Shown one piece after another: positions 12,771 to 25,198 of a stretch of 64,000 nt of DNA. Position 1 is the stretch's first letter, and each line of letters starts with the position of its first letter. Origin of the DNA: Octopus sinensis (taxonomy: Eukaryota). The position numbers and the translations under genes were made by a program. The notes beneath the pieces are model-generated. The model was not told where the DNA came from. It did not search any database and saw only the letters and a list, made by a program, of their open reading frames with translations. The DNA is taken from NCBI RefSeq assembly GCF_006345805.1, contig NC_043000.1, forward strand, positions 108,872,001 through 108,936,000, given 5' to 3'.

Positions 12771-13490
12771 TAGGTGGGAACCAAAGTACATAATACGGTT
12801 TTTTTTTACGTAAATGTCAAAAACAATATTTAGATGTTTGTACTTACCTATATTCAACCGCATGTATCAATTTCTGCTGGGTCTGTAAAGAAACATGAAA
12901 TCGAGAATTATCCTGAAGGAAAATGACACCCTTGTGATGGACAAATTCTGGACATTATTCATTGATTGCTTCCTTTAATCGTTCTAAGTACAACGTTTGT
13001 TTTGCAGAACAATCCCGTAATACACAACGCCTTTCCAATCCCACCAAATACATAGATTCACCTTCTTTGGTTACTGACCGGTTTTTGGAGGGATTAAAGG
13101 TCGTTCATTTTGTTTTCCCCTGAGTCTTTTTCGCTCTACATTGTTGTAAAGAATCCAGTTTCCGTCACCTGTCGCCGTTCTTTTAAAAATGGGTCGCTTT
13201 TGTTGAGTTTGTGTAGAGAATCGCAGATGGAAATGCTGCCCATAATGTTTTTTTTCCTTTAAAATTCGAAACATGCTAAAAATATGGCTGTTCGTGTATC
13301 TCGCTGCTTTTAAATGCCTTAAAACTGTCATGAGACAAGCGGAGGATCTCTTGTGATATCTCGTGTTGTGTGGGCTCGATTACTTTTGATTGACGTTTCG
13401 ATTCGGTCATCGTCAACGATTCTAGGGCTCCTGCAACTTTCACGGTCTTCCAAATCAAAATTTCTATCTACAAACAGTCCTTTCAGCTAT
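12771..13490 (-). mobile_element. Mariner (Mos1-like) transposase relic with one TIR
   Basis: TIR-like TAGGTGGGAACCAAAGT at 12771. Minus-strand pieces PIFKRTATGDGNWILYNNVERKR and KGVIFLQDNSRFH resemble mariner TGDE/HHDNARPH motifs. Confidence 0.75.
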
Positions 13491-13630
13491 GGCACCATTA
13501 ATGGCATCTATTTTACTTGCTGTTTTCGCGCACGCACAGACAGACAACAGACAGACAGTCAGGCAAACAGCCAGCTAGACAGACACAGACACACACACAC
13601 ACACGCACACACACACACACACACACACAC

Positions 13631-13856
13631 GAAGGTGCGTGACTTAGTGGTGAGGGTGATGAATTCATGAGCGTAAGATTGTGGCTTCGCTTCTTGGAGT
13701 AGGCGGTGCGTTCTTGAGTAGAACATTTCATTCCACGTTGCTCCGTTCCACCCAGCAGGAAAAAATGAGTAATCCTGCGACGGACCGGCGTCCCCTCCGG
13801 TTGGGAATATATGCACCGGAGAAACCGGCCCTTATGAGTCTATAGGACTCGGGAAG
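13631..13856 (+). mobile_element. tRNA-derived SINE with a V-domain-like core
   Basis: Head GGTGCGTGACTTAGTGGTGAGGG; central CCTGCGACGGACCGGCGTCCCCTCCGG resembles the V-SINE motif CTGCGATGGACTGGCGTCCCGTCCAGG (recalled, not aligned). Confidence 0.55.
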
Positions 13857-13920
13857 TATTATTTATACTTTTTTTAATCTGTACACACACACATATACGC
13901 ATAAATATATATGTAATGTC

Positions 13921-13952
<32 letters not shown>

Positions 13953-14012
13953 AATATTAATATATACATATATATATATATATATTATATATATATATAT
14001 ATATAATATATA

Positions 14013-14066
<54 letters not shown>

Positions 14067-14074
14067 CATATATA

Positions 14075-15328
14075 CAGGGGTTGGACAAAATAATGGAAAC
14101 ACCTAGCATCATAGCATCATAATTTTGAAATATTAATAAAACCATCAAAATCTTATTTTTATGTTTTTTTAATTTATTATTAGTGTTGCTTAATATCTTT
14201 TGCTAAAATTGCTGTGTCTTTTCATATATCATCAGAAAAAGTTAATTAAAATTCATTAACATGACAGATCTATTGGACTTTCAAAGAGGTCAAATTGTTG
14301 GTACTCGTATGGCAGGTGCTAGCATAACAAAAACAGTTGAAATGTTTGGTGTATCAAGAAGTATTGTCTTGAAAGTAATGACAGTCTTTAAGAAAAAGGG
14401 AAAAACCTCCTCATCGAAACAAAACTTCAGAAGAAAACCAAAACTTTCAGATAGGTACCGTCGGTTTCTTATGCAAATTGTTAGAAAGGATCACATAAGT
14501 ACAGGTCCCAGAATTACTGCAAAGCTTAATGACTACCCCGAGAACCCAGTTTTCACAAAAAGTGTTCCCGGGAGCTGCACAAAGCCATATTTCACAGGAG
14601 GGACACAATAAAAAAACCACTACTTCCAAAAACAAACATTGCAAAGCATTTAGAGTGGAGTAAAAACCTACAGATTTGGTCCCTGCAGCAGTGGAAGAAT
14701 GTCATTTTATCAGACGAGTCATCCTTTACCTCATTTCCAACCACCAGCCGAGTATATGTATGGAGACAGCCAAAAGAAGCGTTTGATCCACACTGCCTTC
14801 TTCCAATTGTTGAACATGGAGGAGGATCTGTGATGATCTGGGTATTATATCTTGGTAATCTGCCGGCCCAATGATTTCCCTTCATGGCAGAATAAAGAGA
14901 CTATTTAAGCATTTTATCTGATCAAATTCATCCTGTGGTTGCGGAACTGTTTCTGGAGGGAAACGCAATCTTTCAGGATGATAATGCACCAATTCACACT
15001 GCTAAAGTTGTTACTGAATGGCATGAGGAACATTCTAGTGAAATTGAACATCTTATCTGGCCACCACAGTCCCCAGATCTCTATATTATTGAACATTTAT
15101 GGTGCATTTTAGGAAAACAAGTAAGGAGTCGATATCATCATCACTTCAAGAACTGGAGACTGTTTTAGCTGAAGAAGGGACAAAAATTCGTTTGGAAACA
15201 ATTCAAACTTTGTACGAGTCCATACCTCGTAGAATTCAAGCTGTAATTACAGCCAAAGGCGGTCCTACTCCCTATTAAAATAAATTTATTTGAAATTTTC
15301 AGGTGTTTCCATTTTTTTGTCCAATATG
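14075..15328 (+). mobile_element. Tc1-like transposon, about 1.25 kb, TIRs of about 28-30 bp, TA TSD, frameshifted transposase
   Basis: TA-CAGGGGTTGGACAAAATAATGGAAACACCT and AGGTGTTTCCATTTTTTTGTCCAATATG-TA; paired-like HTH (QRGQIVG..GASITKT..FGVSRS), SDES, FQDDNAPIH, WPPQSPDLYIIEHLW. Confidence 0.9.
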
Positions 15329-15662
15329 TATATATATATATATACATACATACGTGTATTCATGTATGTACACGCATACATATATATACATATAAACTCA
15401 TACATATATATAGGTTCAAAAATATATGCATATACATATATGTGTACAAATATGCATAGATTATAGCACACACAAAATATTCACATTCTTAAATGCACCT
15501 GCATATATATCTGTACATGTATGCATACATATACACATATACTCACATGTGCCCATACGTGTACACACACATATGTCTGTACTAGCAACTTATCACACAC
15601 TGTCACATGCATATTCATGTAAATGCACACATACATGCAATTATATTAAAAGAGTAAATTTC

Positions 15663-16280
15663 TAAAATATATAAATATAAAAATGTGAGTGCATATCAGG
15701 TGTTGCTTTGTTGTTAACGATATGCTAATATGGTTATTAATTAAAGGTAGTTGTGTGAATAATAGTTAAACTAATGCAGGTGCTACTGTGTCTATTCATA
15801 AGGTTAGAATAAAAGTCAAATAATTATAAAAGTTAGCAATTGTGTTTGCTCAAACATCGGTAGGAGGTTACACCTGGTGTGTAAAATATGTTAGTTATTT
15901 AGGGTGATTGGTATAAAATTATACTAAATATAGGTGTAATGGAGTCGTAATATATAAATGTATAAATAATAGTTAAATTAAATAATCTACATGAATATAT
16001 ATGTAAAAATGAAAGTATAAAGATATAAAATATATAAATATAAAAATATGTGTGCACATCAGGCATCATTTTGTAGTTAATGATGTGTTAATATTGTTAT
16101 TAATGAAAAATAGTTGTGTGAATAATAGTGAAACCGATATAAATATGGCCAAGCGTGTCTCTTCAAATGCTCGAATGATGGTCAAACGGTTATGAAAGTT
16201 GTCGATTGTGTAAACTGAAACGTTGGTAGAAAGTTACTCGTGGTGTGGTACAAAGGTGTTAATTGGAGGTGATTTTTTTT
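15663..16280. repeat. Diverged tandem duplication, period 363 bp
   Basis: TAAAATATATAAATATAAAAAT at 15663 and 16026; TAGTTGTGTGAATAATAGT at 15748 and 16111. Confidence 0.75.
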
Positions 16281-16689
16281 ATAAAGTTATGTTAAAAGCA
16301 GGTGTAATAGAGGTAGATGCTAATATTAATGGTAGTTTAGACAGGTAGTAATTCGCGGGCTGGGTATTTATATGAGTTGAGCTAAGGATTCGGGGGGAAT
16401 ATCCGAGTATTCCAGTGAGAGACATAATAAATAAATTATTTAAATTTGGAATATGCTTCCAGCAACCCTTTCCTAAAAATAAGAAAACCAGAGCAAAACT
16501 CAAACACAGGTTCACACCTATCTAAAAACGGAACCATTTCCCCTGCCATAAAAGGAATACAAGATCTAACCCTCACTTCATAACCCACCAGCAAAACAAA
16601 ATCGGAGGTATCCCAACATCAAACAGACAATAAGAAATCACTACCCGCAAGATAGACACCCACTCCCATAAAGAGATACCAGCATAATT

Positions 16690-16835
16690 TCCATTCTTCG
16701 ACATACTCATTGGGAAATCCAACAACAAAGTAGAAACAGACATCTACTAGAAGCCCACGGACTCTAAGCAATATCTACCATTCGATTCTTGACATCCCAG
16801 ACACACTAGAATGAATATCCTTTCCAACCTCATCC
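16690..16835 (+). mobile_element. Penelope-like element fragment (RT thumb)
   Basis: Closely matches 28676-28820 (e.g. TAGAAACAGACAT, GACTCTAAGCAATATCT, CCAGACACAC..ATGAATATCC). Confidence 0.75.
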
Positions 16836-17052
16836 GCGGGAATTACCCACCATAACTAATTGATAGCTCAACCAACACACCAACTCAACCACATATTTAT
16901 AAACAGCGGTAACTTTCTTAACTCAAAAAAATTGTTACTCCGTTAGCAACCGGTTTGAACTCCCCCAAGAAGAACTTAAATGAAACTCAAAGAAAAATCA
17001 TTCATTCATACATACATGCATGCATGCATACATACATACATACATACATACA

Positions 17053-17083
<31 letters not shown>

Positions 17084-17129
17084 GCATACGTATACACTTA
17101 CATATTTATATATACATCCACACATACAT

Positions 17130-17356
17130 GTGCCTGTTTTTGTGTTTGTACCCCAACCCACTATTCGATAACCAGTGTTGGTTTGTTTATGTTCCCGTAA
17201 TTAAACGGTTCGGTAAAAGTGACCAGTAAAATAAGTACCACACTTAAAAAAAATGTAAGCCCTGGAGTCAATTTGTTCGGCTCAACCATCCAAGGTGGTG
17301 CTCCAGCATGGCCACAATCCACTGACTGTAACAAGTAAAAGATAAAAGATAAAAAG
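17130..17356 (+). mobile_element. SINE family A, diverged 3' half
   Basis: GGTGCTCCAGCATGGCCACAATCCACTGACTGTAACAAGTAAAAGATAAAAG tail. Confidence 0.75.
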
Positions 17357-18014
17357 ATTATCCATGTAAATATGTTTCCAATTAGAATCCAACATGGAAT
17401 TCTCAAGTTGCTGAACACGATCTACCGTTAACTCGTTTTAACCCGAAATTTTGTTTACAGTTTTACGTATAACGAATTAATTAAAGGGTTAGACTATATA
17501 ATGTTTCCCAAATATATATACACTGACTCAAATATAAATATTTATGTATACATATCTATAGATATAATTAGATATTCTTATACACCTACATAAATACATA
17601 CACACACACATTTGTATGTATGTATAAATGTATATGTATATATGTGTGTATGTATATATGTAGAGTGTGCATGTATGTATATATATATATATATACGCAC
17701 ACACACACATATATATAACGCTAGTGTAAGCTAAGATAGAGAAGTACAACATAAGTGCTTAGACTTTTTAATTTCCTAAATTCCATTTTCGTATTCAAGG
17801 CAAAGTAATCCAGCAGAACATGAATTAGCGAGAAATCCGTAGCTTGAGCGAGTAATGAATAGACAAAAGACAGACGAGAAGCAGGAATTATTTGTATAAG
17901 ATCTTACATATATGTTTTCATAGTAAAAGATGAGGATAGGATTTTACAGCTGTTTCAAACATTCGGCGACTAGGCGATTTAATTATATTATATTATGTAA
18001 ACAAGCTTACATCA

Positions 18015-18365
18015 TCAATGCGTTTGAGATGTTGGTTTATAGGAACATGTTACAAGTCTCTTATAAGGACTAACGGACAAATGAATAAGTGTTACAAGAA
18101 GGTGAAAGACGATAACTCCTGAACATTACAAAAAAACGAAAAAAATGAAGGAGCAAAAGCGCATCTATTATGGCCATATTTGAAGAAGCAGAAGTCTGGA
18201 AGACATTATCATGGAAGGAAGAGTAGAAAATAGTCGACCAAGGGGCAGGCAAAGAACTCAGTGGATGGACAATACAATATCCCGCGCTAGTTGGATAAGA
18301 GCGGCAACTGGAGAACTTGCACTTAATCGGGAAGACTTTCGTTGGAGTAGAATCAATGAGACGTA
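18015..18365 (+). mobile_element. RTE-clade LINE 3' coding relic
   Basis: Broken frames read AFEMLVYRNML..TN..V and YYGHI..SLEDIIMEGRVENSRPRGRQRTQWMD, the characteristic RTE/BovB C-terminal motif. Confidence 0.7.
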
Positions 18366-18612
18366 GGCGTACGATACACGACGACGATATAATGGCGCAA
18401 TAATTATACACAGCAAATAAGTAAAAATATTATCAACTCGCATGAAACACGACACGTTAATAACTTCAAGCTGAATATATTCGTCGGAATAAGTGGTGAA
18501 TGCCACTCGCAGATCCGAAACAACTGTAAAGACCTTGTAATAGGTATATGTACATATAACATCTCATATAAATAAATTCCTACCATCTATAATTGTTTGC
18601 CCACTCTCCCTA

Positions 18613-18648
<36 letters not shown>

Positions 18649-18650
<2 letters not shown>

Positions 18651-19552
18651 AGGGGTATCCAAAAGTAACTGGAAACGCTCTCTGTGGGACAAGCCCTTAG
18701 TAGTTCGGGCTTCCGCCGTTAGAAGCCACTTGATGCAACCCTCAACCATCATTCTACCGACCGGAGTCGTCAGATGAAGTCGTACTGTCATGTGGTACGT
18801 CTTTAATTTGCAGTGCTTCTCCCCAGATCGTCGATTTTTGCGAAGACTGAAACGATGGAACAACGTGCTTCCATGAAATTATCTTTTCTGCTCGGGAAAA
18901 CGGCGCCCGAAACATTTGTCATGCCTCAAACAGCTTACAAAGACGCTATCAGGTGCAAAACACAATTTTTCGAGTGGTTTTCACAATTTAGGAATTGTCC
19001 CTTGTTGATTGAAGACCAGCCTCGTTCAGTGTGACCGTCGGTCACCCGAACGAATGAAAGCATCATGAAAATTCATGAACTGATCTTGGAGGACCGTCAC
19101 TGAACAATTGATGAACTTGTTGATATGACTGTGTGTCCAGGGGTTCCTGCCAATGAATTTTGATCGAGGAATTGCGAATGAAAAGAGTTGCAGCAAAATT
19201 TGTGCCTCGCTTGGTCACGGAAGATCAAAAGCAGTCACGAATGAATGCGTGACGTGAGCGGAAAGAACAGCTGGAAGTTGATCCGAACCCCTTTTTGAAG
19301 GTCATCGCTGGCGATGAAAGCTGGTGCCACGAAGTTTGCTGATAGGGAAGAAGTGAAAAAAAAAATCCAACGGAGGAGTTAAAAGGCATCACTTCGCAAG
19401 AGTTCCAGCACCGTTTCGAATAGTAGAAAACGCAACCGGACCGATGCATTGCTTGAAATGGAGAATACTTTGAAGGCGAAAAAACGGTAAACGTGAAACT
19501 AAGAGAATAAAAAAAAAACATTGCATTATTCCGGTTTCTTTTGGGTACCCCC
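18649..19552 (+). mobile_element. Internally deleted mariner transposon with both TIRs
   Basis: TA-TGAGGGGTATCCAAAAGTAACTGGAA and TTCCGGTTTCTTTTGGGTACCCCC; MEQRASMKLSFLLGKTAPET..QFFEWFSQF..IEDQPRS; LKVIAGDESWC. Confidence 0.85.
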
Positions 19553-19644
19553 AAAAATATATATATATATATACTTTCGTTACTGATGATTCACTTCAAG
19601 GCGACGTTAAGTTTCTCTTGTATATGTGGTTGAACAGAACTTCG

Positions 19645-19820
19645 TGTTTCTTGTTCCATTCATTGGAGTGTGGCGGTGCTTGGGGCGGTGCTTAAAGCGT
19701 TTAGTCGAACAAATGAACCCTGGTACTTATTTTTTAAGTCTAGAAATTGTCCTATCGGTCTCTCCTGGCCAACTGCAAGACAACGAGTATATAAACAAAC
19801 GCAAAGTTAAACACACACAC

Positions 19821-19852
<32 letters not shown>

Positions 19853-20070
19853 TGTATGTATGTATGTATGTATGTATGTATGTATGTATGTATGTATGTG
19901 TATAGGTACACAGCAGGTTCTCAGTTTACATCCGCCAAATTCACTCACAAGACATTGGGTGGCCGGGGCTATAGTGGAAGACACTTGCTCAAGAGGCCAC
20001 ATATTGGGACGGAAGCCGAGACGAGGTGGTCGCAAAGTGGACTTCTTAACCATGCAGCCATACCTGTGCC
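19645..20070 (-). mobile_element. SINE family A, old diverged copy with internal (TATG)n
   Basis: ctcacaagacattgggtggccggggctatagtggaagacacttgctcaag core; head ends cagccatacctgtgcc. Confidence 0.65.
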
Positions 20071-20505
20071 TAAAAAGTATGAATCCCGTCACAAATTTGC
20101 ATGTCTGTCAGTCAGTCTGTCTGTACACACACACACACACACACAAATTTGGAGGTGAGTTTGGGTAAGAGTGAAAGACAAGTAGATTACATTTTACTTG
20201 GTTGCTCTTTGTTTCTGCTGGAATATTAAAGATTTCAAATTTACCCCTTGATATCAATCTGAAGCAGCACTCAGGTTATGAAGACTAGGTTAATTGGCGC
20301 TGGTAAATATGCTTGTTCTAACTTTAGCAGACGGCCATTTTAACACGCGCTTCTACACCACTCACAACCGGCACAGCTGGCTGTAATATTCCTTCACTTT
20401 ATACGCTTCTACACTTCCAACACCCGCCCGCCCCCCACACCACCACCTCCACTATGATATTCCTGCATGCATTTCTATTTATTACTTAATATCCCTCTGC
20501 AGGCG

Positions 20506-20547
<42 letters not shown>

Positions 20548-20636
20548 TTTCTCTCGCTATATATATATGTGTGTTTGTGTGTGCGTGTACTGATAGGTGT
20601 GTGTGTATGTGGATATATATACGTATGTATTCATAA

Positions 20637-20687
<51 letters not shown>

Positions 20688-20691
20688 GGAA

Positions 20692-20767
<76 letters not shown>

Positions 20768-20808
20768 CACACACACACACATATATAAAACACTCTCACA
20801 CATGATGG

Positions 20809-21006
20809 GGATCTAGTTTTTCTCATTCGCAAAACGAGGCCCCTTTATTTTTGCTCAGATTGCTTTCAATTTTGATATATCGATGCAACTGGGAATTTTG
20901 ATTACGACTGAGACAGGGAGGCCCACATTATTAGAACCGATTTTCAGATTTTTTACTCCCTTTTAAAAGATGTATATTTTGCGAATGAAAAAAAAAAATT
21001 AGATCC
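20809..21006. mobile_element. 198-bp MITE with TIRs of about 26-29 bp and 8-bp TSD
   Basis: TSD CATGATGG at 20801-20808 and 21007-21014; left end GGATCTAGTTTTTCTCATTCGCAAAA, right end TTTTGCGAATGAAAAAAAAAAATTAGATCC. Confidence 0.75.
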
Positions 21007-21186
21007 CATGATGGTTAACGGGTATCTGTAAGGTTGAGGCCTTGATGCATATTTCTGTAGAAAAATGAAAAACAAAACTTTTTGTGAATTCTCTCACTCA
21101 CTCACTCACTCACACACACACACTCTCTCTCTCTCTCTTTATGTCTTACTGTATATGCACTCATACATATACATTCATACGTACAT

Positions 21187-21248
<62 letters not shown>

Positions 21249-21594
21249 CAGACACAATCACACGTATGGACACGTAAATGTGTGTATGTAAATTTATATA
21301 CACCTGTGTATGTGTGTGTTTGTGTGTGTGTAAGGCGTGTTTATATGTAGGGGTTGTGTTCTTGTTTTTTTTTTTGTGTTATCTCTTTTGCAATGTTCGT
21401 TCTCTTTGGCTTTCGTTTATGAATGTATAAAACAAAAGTTATAAGGAAGAAGACTTTTATCTGATGACTCAGTCGTGTAATATTTCAGATCACGTGGTGC
21501 TGAGATAAAGACAGCATCTGCTTGGGTCATACAACTGTTTGACTCTGGTTGGATCTCACCTACATATTTACTGGTGGGTGGAAAGTGGCATTCA

Positions 21595-22320
21595 TGGTGG
21601 TGGTGGTGGTGGTGGTGGCGCTGTTGGTGGTGGTGTTCGTGTCGGCGGCGGCGGTGGCGGTAGTGTTGGTGGTGGCGGTGGTGTTGGTGGTGGCGGTGGT
21701 GGTGGTGTTGGCAGTGGTGTGCTGGCAGTGGTGGTGGTGGTGGTAGTGTTGGTGCTGGCGGTGGTGATGGTTTTGGCAGTGGTGGTGTTGGCGATGGTGG
21801 TGTTGGCGGTGGTGGTGGTGTTCGCAGTGGTGGTGGTGGTAGTGTTGGTGCTGGCGGTGGTGATGGTTTTGGCAGTGGTGGTGTTGGCGATGGTGGTGTT
21901 GGCGGTGGTGGTGTTGGTGTTGGTGGTAGTGTTGGTGTGGCGGTGGTGTTGGCGGTGGTAGTGTTGGTGTTGGCGGTGGTGGTGGTGGTGGTGTTGGCGG
22001 TGTTGGTGGTGTTGGTGGTGGTGGTGTTGGCGGTGGTAGTGGTGTTGGCGGTGGTGGTGTTGGTGGTAGTGTTGGTGTTGGCGGTGGTGATGGTGTTGGT
22101 GGTGGTGGTGTTGGCGGTGGTAGTGGTGTTGGCGGTGGTAGTGTTGGTGTTGGCGGTGGTGGTGGTGTTGGCAGTGGTGGTGTTGGCAGTGGTAGTGGTG
22201 TTGGCGGTGGTGGTGTTGGTGGTAGTGTTGGTGTTGGCGGTGGTGTTGGCAGTGGTGGTGTTGGCGGTGGTGGTGTTGGCGGTGGTAGTGTTGTTGGTGT
22301 GGTGTTGGCAGTGGTGGTGT
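21595..22320. repeat. GC-rich (GGT/GGC)-based minisatellite with a higher-order duplication of about 90 bp
   Basis: Direct reading; trinucleotide phase slips near 21937 and 22305. Confidence 0.9.
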
Positions 22321-22384
22321 TAAATGCCGTCGAGTGACAGTGCCCTATTAAAATAGTCTGTGTTGTTTATATTATTTCTTTTAT

Positions 22385-22647
22385 CTTCTTTTACTTGTTT
22401 CACTCATTGAACGGTGCTCATGCTGGAGCACCGCCTTGAAGGGTTTAGCTGAACAAATCGACCCTAGTATTTATTGTTCTTTTTATGTCTGGAACCTTTT
22501 CTGTAGGTCTGGTTTTCTTGGGACGTAAACAAACCGAGACCGGTTGTCAAGCAATGAAAGTGGGCAGAAACACACTACACACACACACACAACATACAAA
22601 CATACACACATTTATATATATATACACACACACAAACACACACATTT

Positions 22648-22694
<47 letters not shown>

Positions 22695-22845
22695 TCACAC
22701 ACACACACGCGGTTAATTTCCACATAGACTTCCTCTACCAAATCCACTCATAGCTTCCGGTTCATAATAGATGGAACTTGCTCAAGGTGCTGCGCACTGG
22801 GTCTGAAAACGAAACCACGTGGTTTGCATGCTCCTGCCATTTTCA
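22385..22845 (-). mobile_element. SINE family A, old diverged copy
   Basis: ttttacttgtttcactcattga..catgctggagcaccgcc tail; ctaccaaatccactca and ttgctcaaggtgc core. Confidence 0.65.
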
Positions 22846-22994
22846 GTTCAAATCTCTCTCAATCTCTCTGGTTGACTTGTTTTCCTTCTTGTTTTCTTTC
22901 CTTCCGGATCCATAAAACAATCATCAATCAAGAACAGACGTCGACGAATGAAACGATTTTTCTACACCTTAGTTTTGAACTTCCAGCCGATGTT

Positions 22995-23715
22995 AGAAAT
23001 AATAATAATAAGGAGATAATAGAAAAGGAAATGAAAGAGCAACTGAGGATGGAGTATTTCCAAAGACTGAGGTTGGTGCTGAGCTCAAAATTGGCTGGAT
23101 GGAATAAAAACCAAGCAGTTAACATGTGGGCGATTGCATCACTTCGGTATGGAGCGGGAGTTATAAAATGGCGAAAGAGAGAAATGAAGAAAATGGATAC
23201 CACGTCCAGAAAAATGTTTACAGTACACGGAGCCTTCAACCTTAAGAATGACACCGATAAGCTGTACTTGTCCAGAAGAAAGGGTGGGAAAAGTTTGATC
23301 AGTTGCCAGGACTGTATCGAAGCAGAGGAAAACAGCCTAAGGTAGTATATAAAAAATGCTGTGGAGCCACTGCTGAAACACACGAAGAAGACCGGCGTCA
23401 TCAAAACTGAAAATTGTGTAATTAAAAAAAGAAATATCACCAAGTAGTCCGAATTGAAAGTGGAAATGGCAAGACTGTATGAAATGCGAAAGGGTAATGT
23501 AAAAGTGATACCAGTGGTGATCGGAGCGTTGGGCTCAATCCCCTTGAAACTTCAAAACGTCTTAAGGCAACTGGAAATCCCATTCAAGATTTATGTCTTG
23601 CAAAAATCAGTCTTATAGGGCACAGCGCACATCTTAAGGAAAGTATTATCTGTCTGAGGTCCTTGTGACTTGACAGATGACTAAAGACTCCGGTGCATTT
23701 TTACCTACACTGTGT
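22995..23715 (+). mobile_element. R4/Dong-clade LINE fragment, internally deleted (RT thumb joined to RLE C-terminus and 3' UTR)
   Basis: EYFQRLRLVLSSKL..AVNMWAIASLRYGAGVIKW..DTDKLYLSRRKGGKSL, then ELKVEMARL..VIPVVIGALG..TAHILRKVL. Starts at AATAATAATAAT. Confidence 0.8.
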
Positions 23716-23719
23716 TTCG

Positions 23720-24270
23720 AAGGAATAATTATAATAATGAGACGTGGTATGAGCGCAAACCGCAAAGAGTGGCGGAGTCGGAGACTAGCAAAATCCTCTG
23801 GGATTTCCCAATCCAAACAGATCAAGTGCTAGAGAATAACCGACCGGACCTAGTGATGGTGGACAAGGTGCACCACATACGCTATATAGTCGGCGTTGCA
23901 TGCTCCTTTGACCCACGAATAGTCAAGAAGGAAGGAGAAAAGACAGATAAATACAACCCTCTTAAGTACGAAATAGCCCGGCTATGGAAAATGAAGGTGA
24001 ATATAGTGCCAATTATTGTTGGGTCCTTGGGAACTGTATCAGAAGGTATCATGAGGAATATAAAGTCTGCTAGAGACTATACAGAAAATTGGAATAGAGT
24101 GCCCAGTAGAACTGTTACAAAAGATTTGCCTACTTGGCAAATTAGGAATAATCAAGGAAGTATTAGATAGCTGAAAAGAACGGATACCATGTTACCGCAG
24201 GCTGCGGGTAGTAAGTTCGCTACGCATGCAAGACTCCAGGAGCTCCAACAAAACCTGTGATAAAGAGAAA
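23720..24270 (+). mobile_element. R4/Dong-clade LINE 3' fragment (RLE domain), second family
   Basis: WYERKPQRVAE..KILWDFPIQTDQVLENNRPDLVMVDK..KYNPLKYEIARLWKMKVNIVPIIVGSLG. Confidence 0.85.
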
Positions 24271-24276
24271 TAACAA

Positions 24277-24491
24277 TCCTTTCTACTGGAGAAACATGGT
24301 TTCAAATTTGTAGGGAGGGGACTAGTCGATTACATCGACCCCACTGTTTCACTGGTACTTAATTTATCGACCCCGAAAGGATGAAGGGCAAAGTCGACTG
24401 CAGTGGAATTTGAACTCAGAACATGAAGACAGACGAAAATTACGCTGAGCATTTCGCGTGGCGTGCTAACGGTTCTGCCAGCTCACCGCCT
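24277..24491 (-). mobile_element. SINE family B
   Basis: Head ctgccagctcaccgcc, B-box atttgaactcagaac, core atttatcgaccccgaaaggatgaag. Confidence 0.8.
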
Positions 24492-24527
24492 TAATAATAA
24501 CAATAACAATAATAATAATAATAATAA

Positions 24528-25054
24528 GATGCCCTGATGCAGTACCAGGCAGTGGCTCTCATGGCTTCTGATCTTAACTGATTGGAAGTGTTATCATGTA
24601 CATTGTTTTGTCTTGGTATAAAAGATGGGCTACAGCAAATATTCTGCTCAATACCACAGATTTGCTTGTCAGTTGTTTGACCTTAACCAGTTGAGCATGT
24701 CCCTTAGTGGCTGACGATATGTGCATCTCCGATCACAAGCAGAAGTAGTGGGGGAGCATCATAGCCATGTGTTGAGAGGGAAACATGGTGGTTCTTTCAA
24801 CATCCTTAAACAACCCTTATTCAGGGACCGTTTGAGCGGGATGGGCTACTCAACCTGGACAAAATTCTAACTGGGCCCCACCTGCAAGGTCATGTGCTGT
24901 TTATCTTGATATGAGATCCCCATGTCGCGCACATATGGCTGTAATGCATGTGCCTGGTGTACCCTTATCAGACGGGTAGTCATGATGGGTATATTGGGCT
25001 TCGTATATTTTACACCGGTGTCACTTTGATGGCATGAACTGCTCTCTCACTCAA
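24528..25054. other. Non-coding island of about 530 bp embedded in (AAT)n; probable non-autonomous interspersed repeat
   Basis: Higher complexity and GC than its flanks, with sharp edges against (AAT)n on both sides; no ORF; only one copy in the window. Confidence 0.5.
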
Positions 25055-25055
25055 T

Positions 25056-25104
<49 letters not shown>

Positions 25105-25163
25105 TCAAATATATTAGGGCTAATAAATTTTGCCAAATAAATACACAGAGTATGAATGAATGT

Positions 25164-25198
<35 letters not shown>

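Noticed and set aside
17940-17960. Minus-strand GAAACAGCTGTA as a hammerhead helix III
   Set aside because: No CUGANGA core or helix II at the right distance; lies beside the RTE relic.
21539-22323. Gly/Val-rich ORFs resembling structural proteins
   Set aside because: Minisatellite with frame slips; no splice signals or unique coding flanks.
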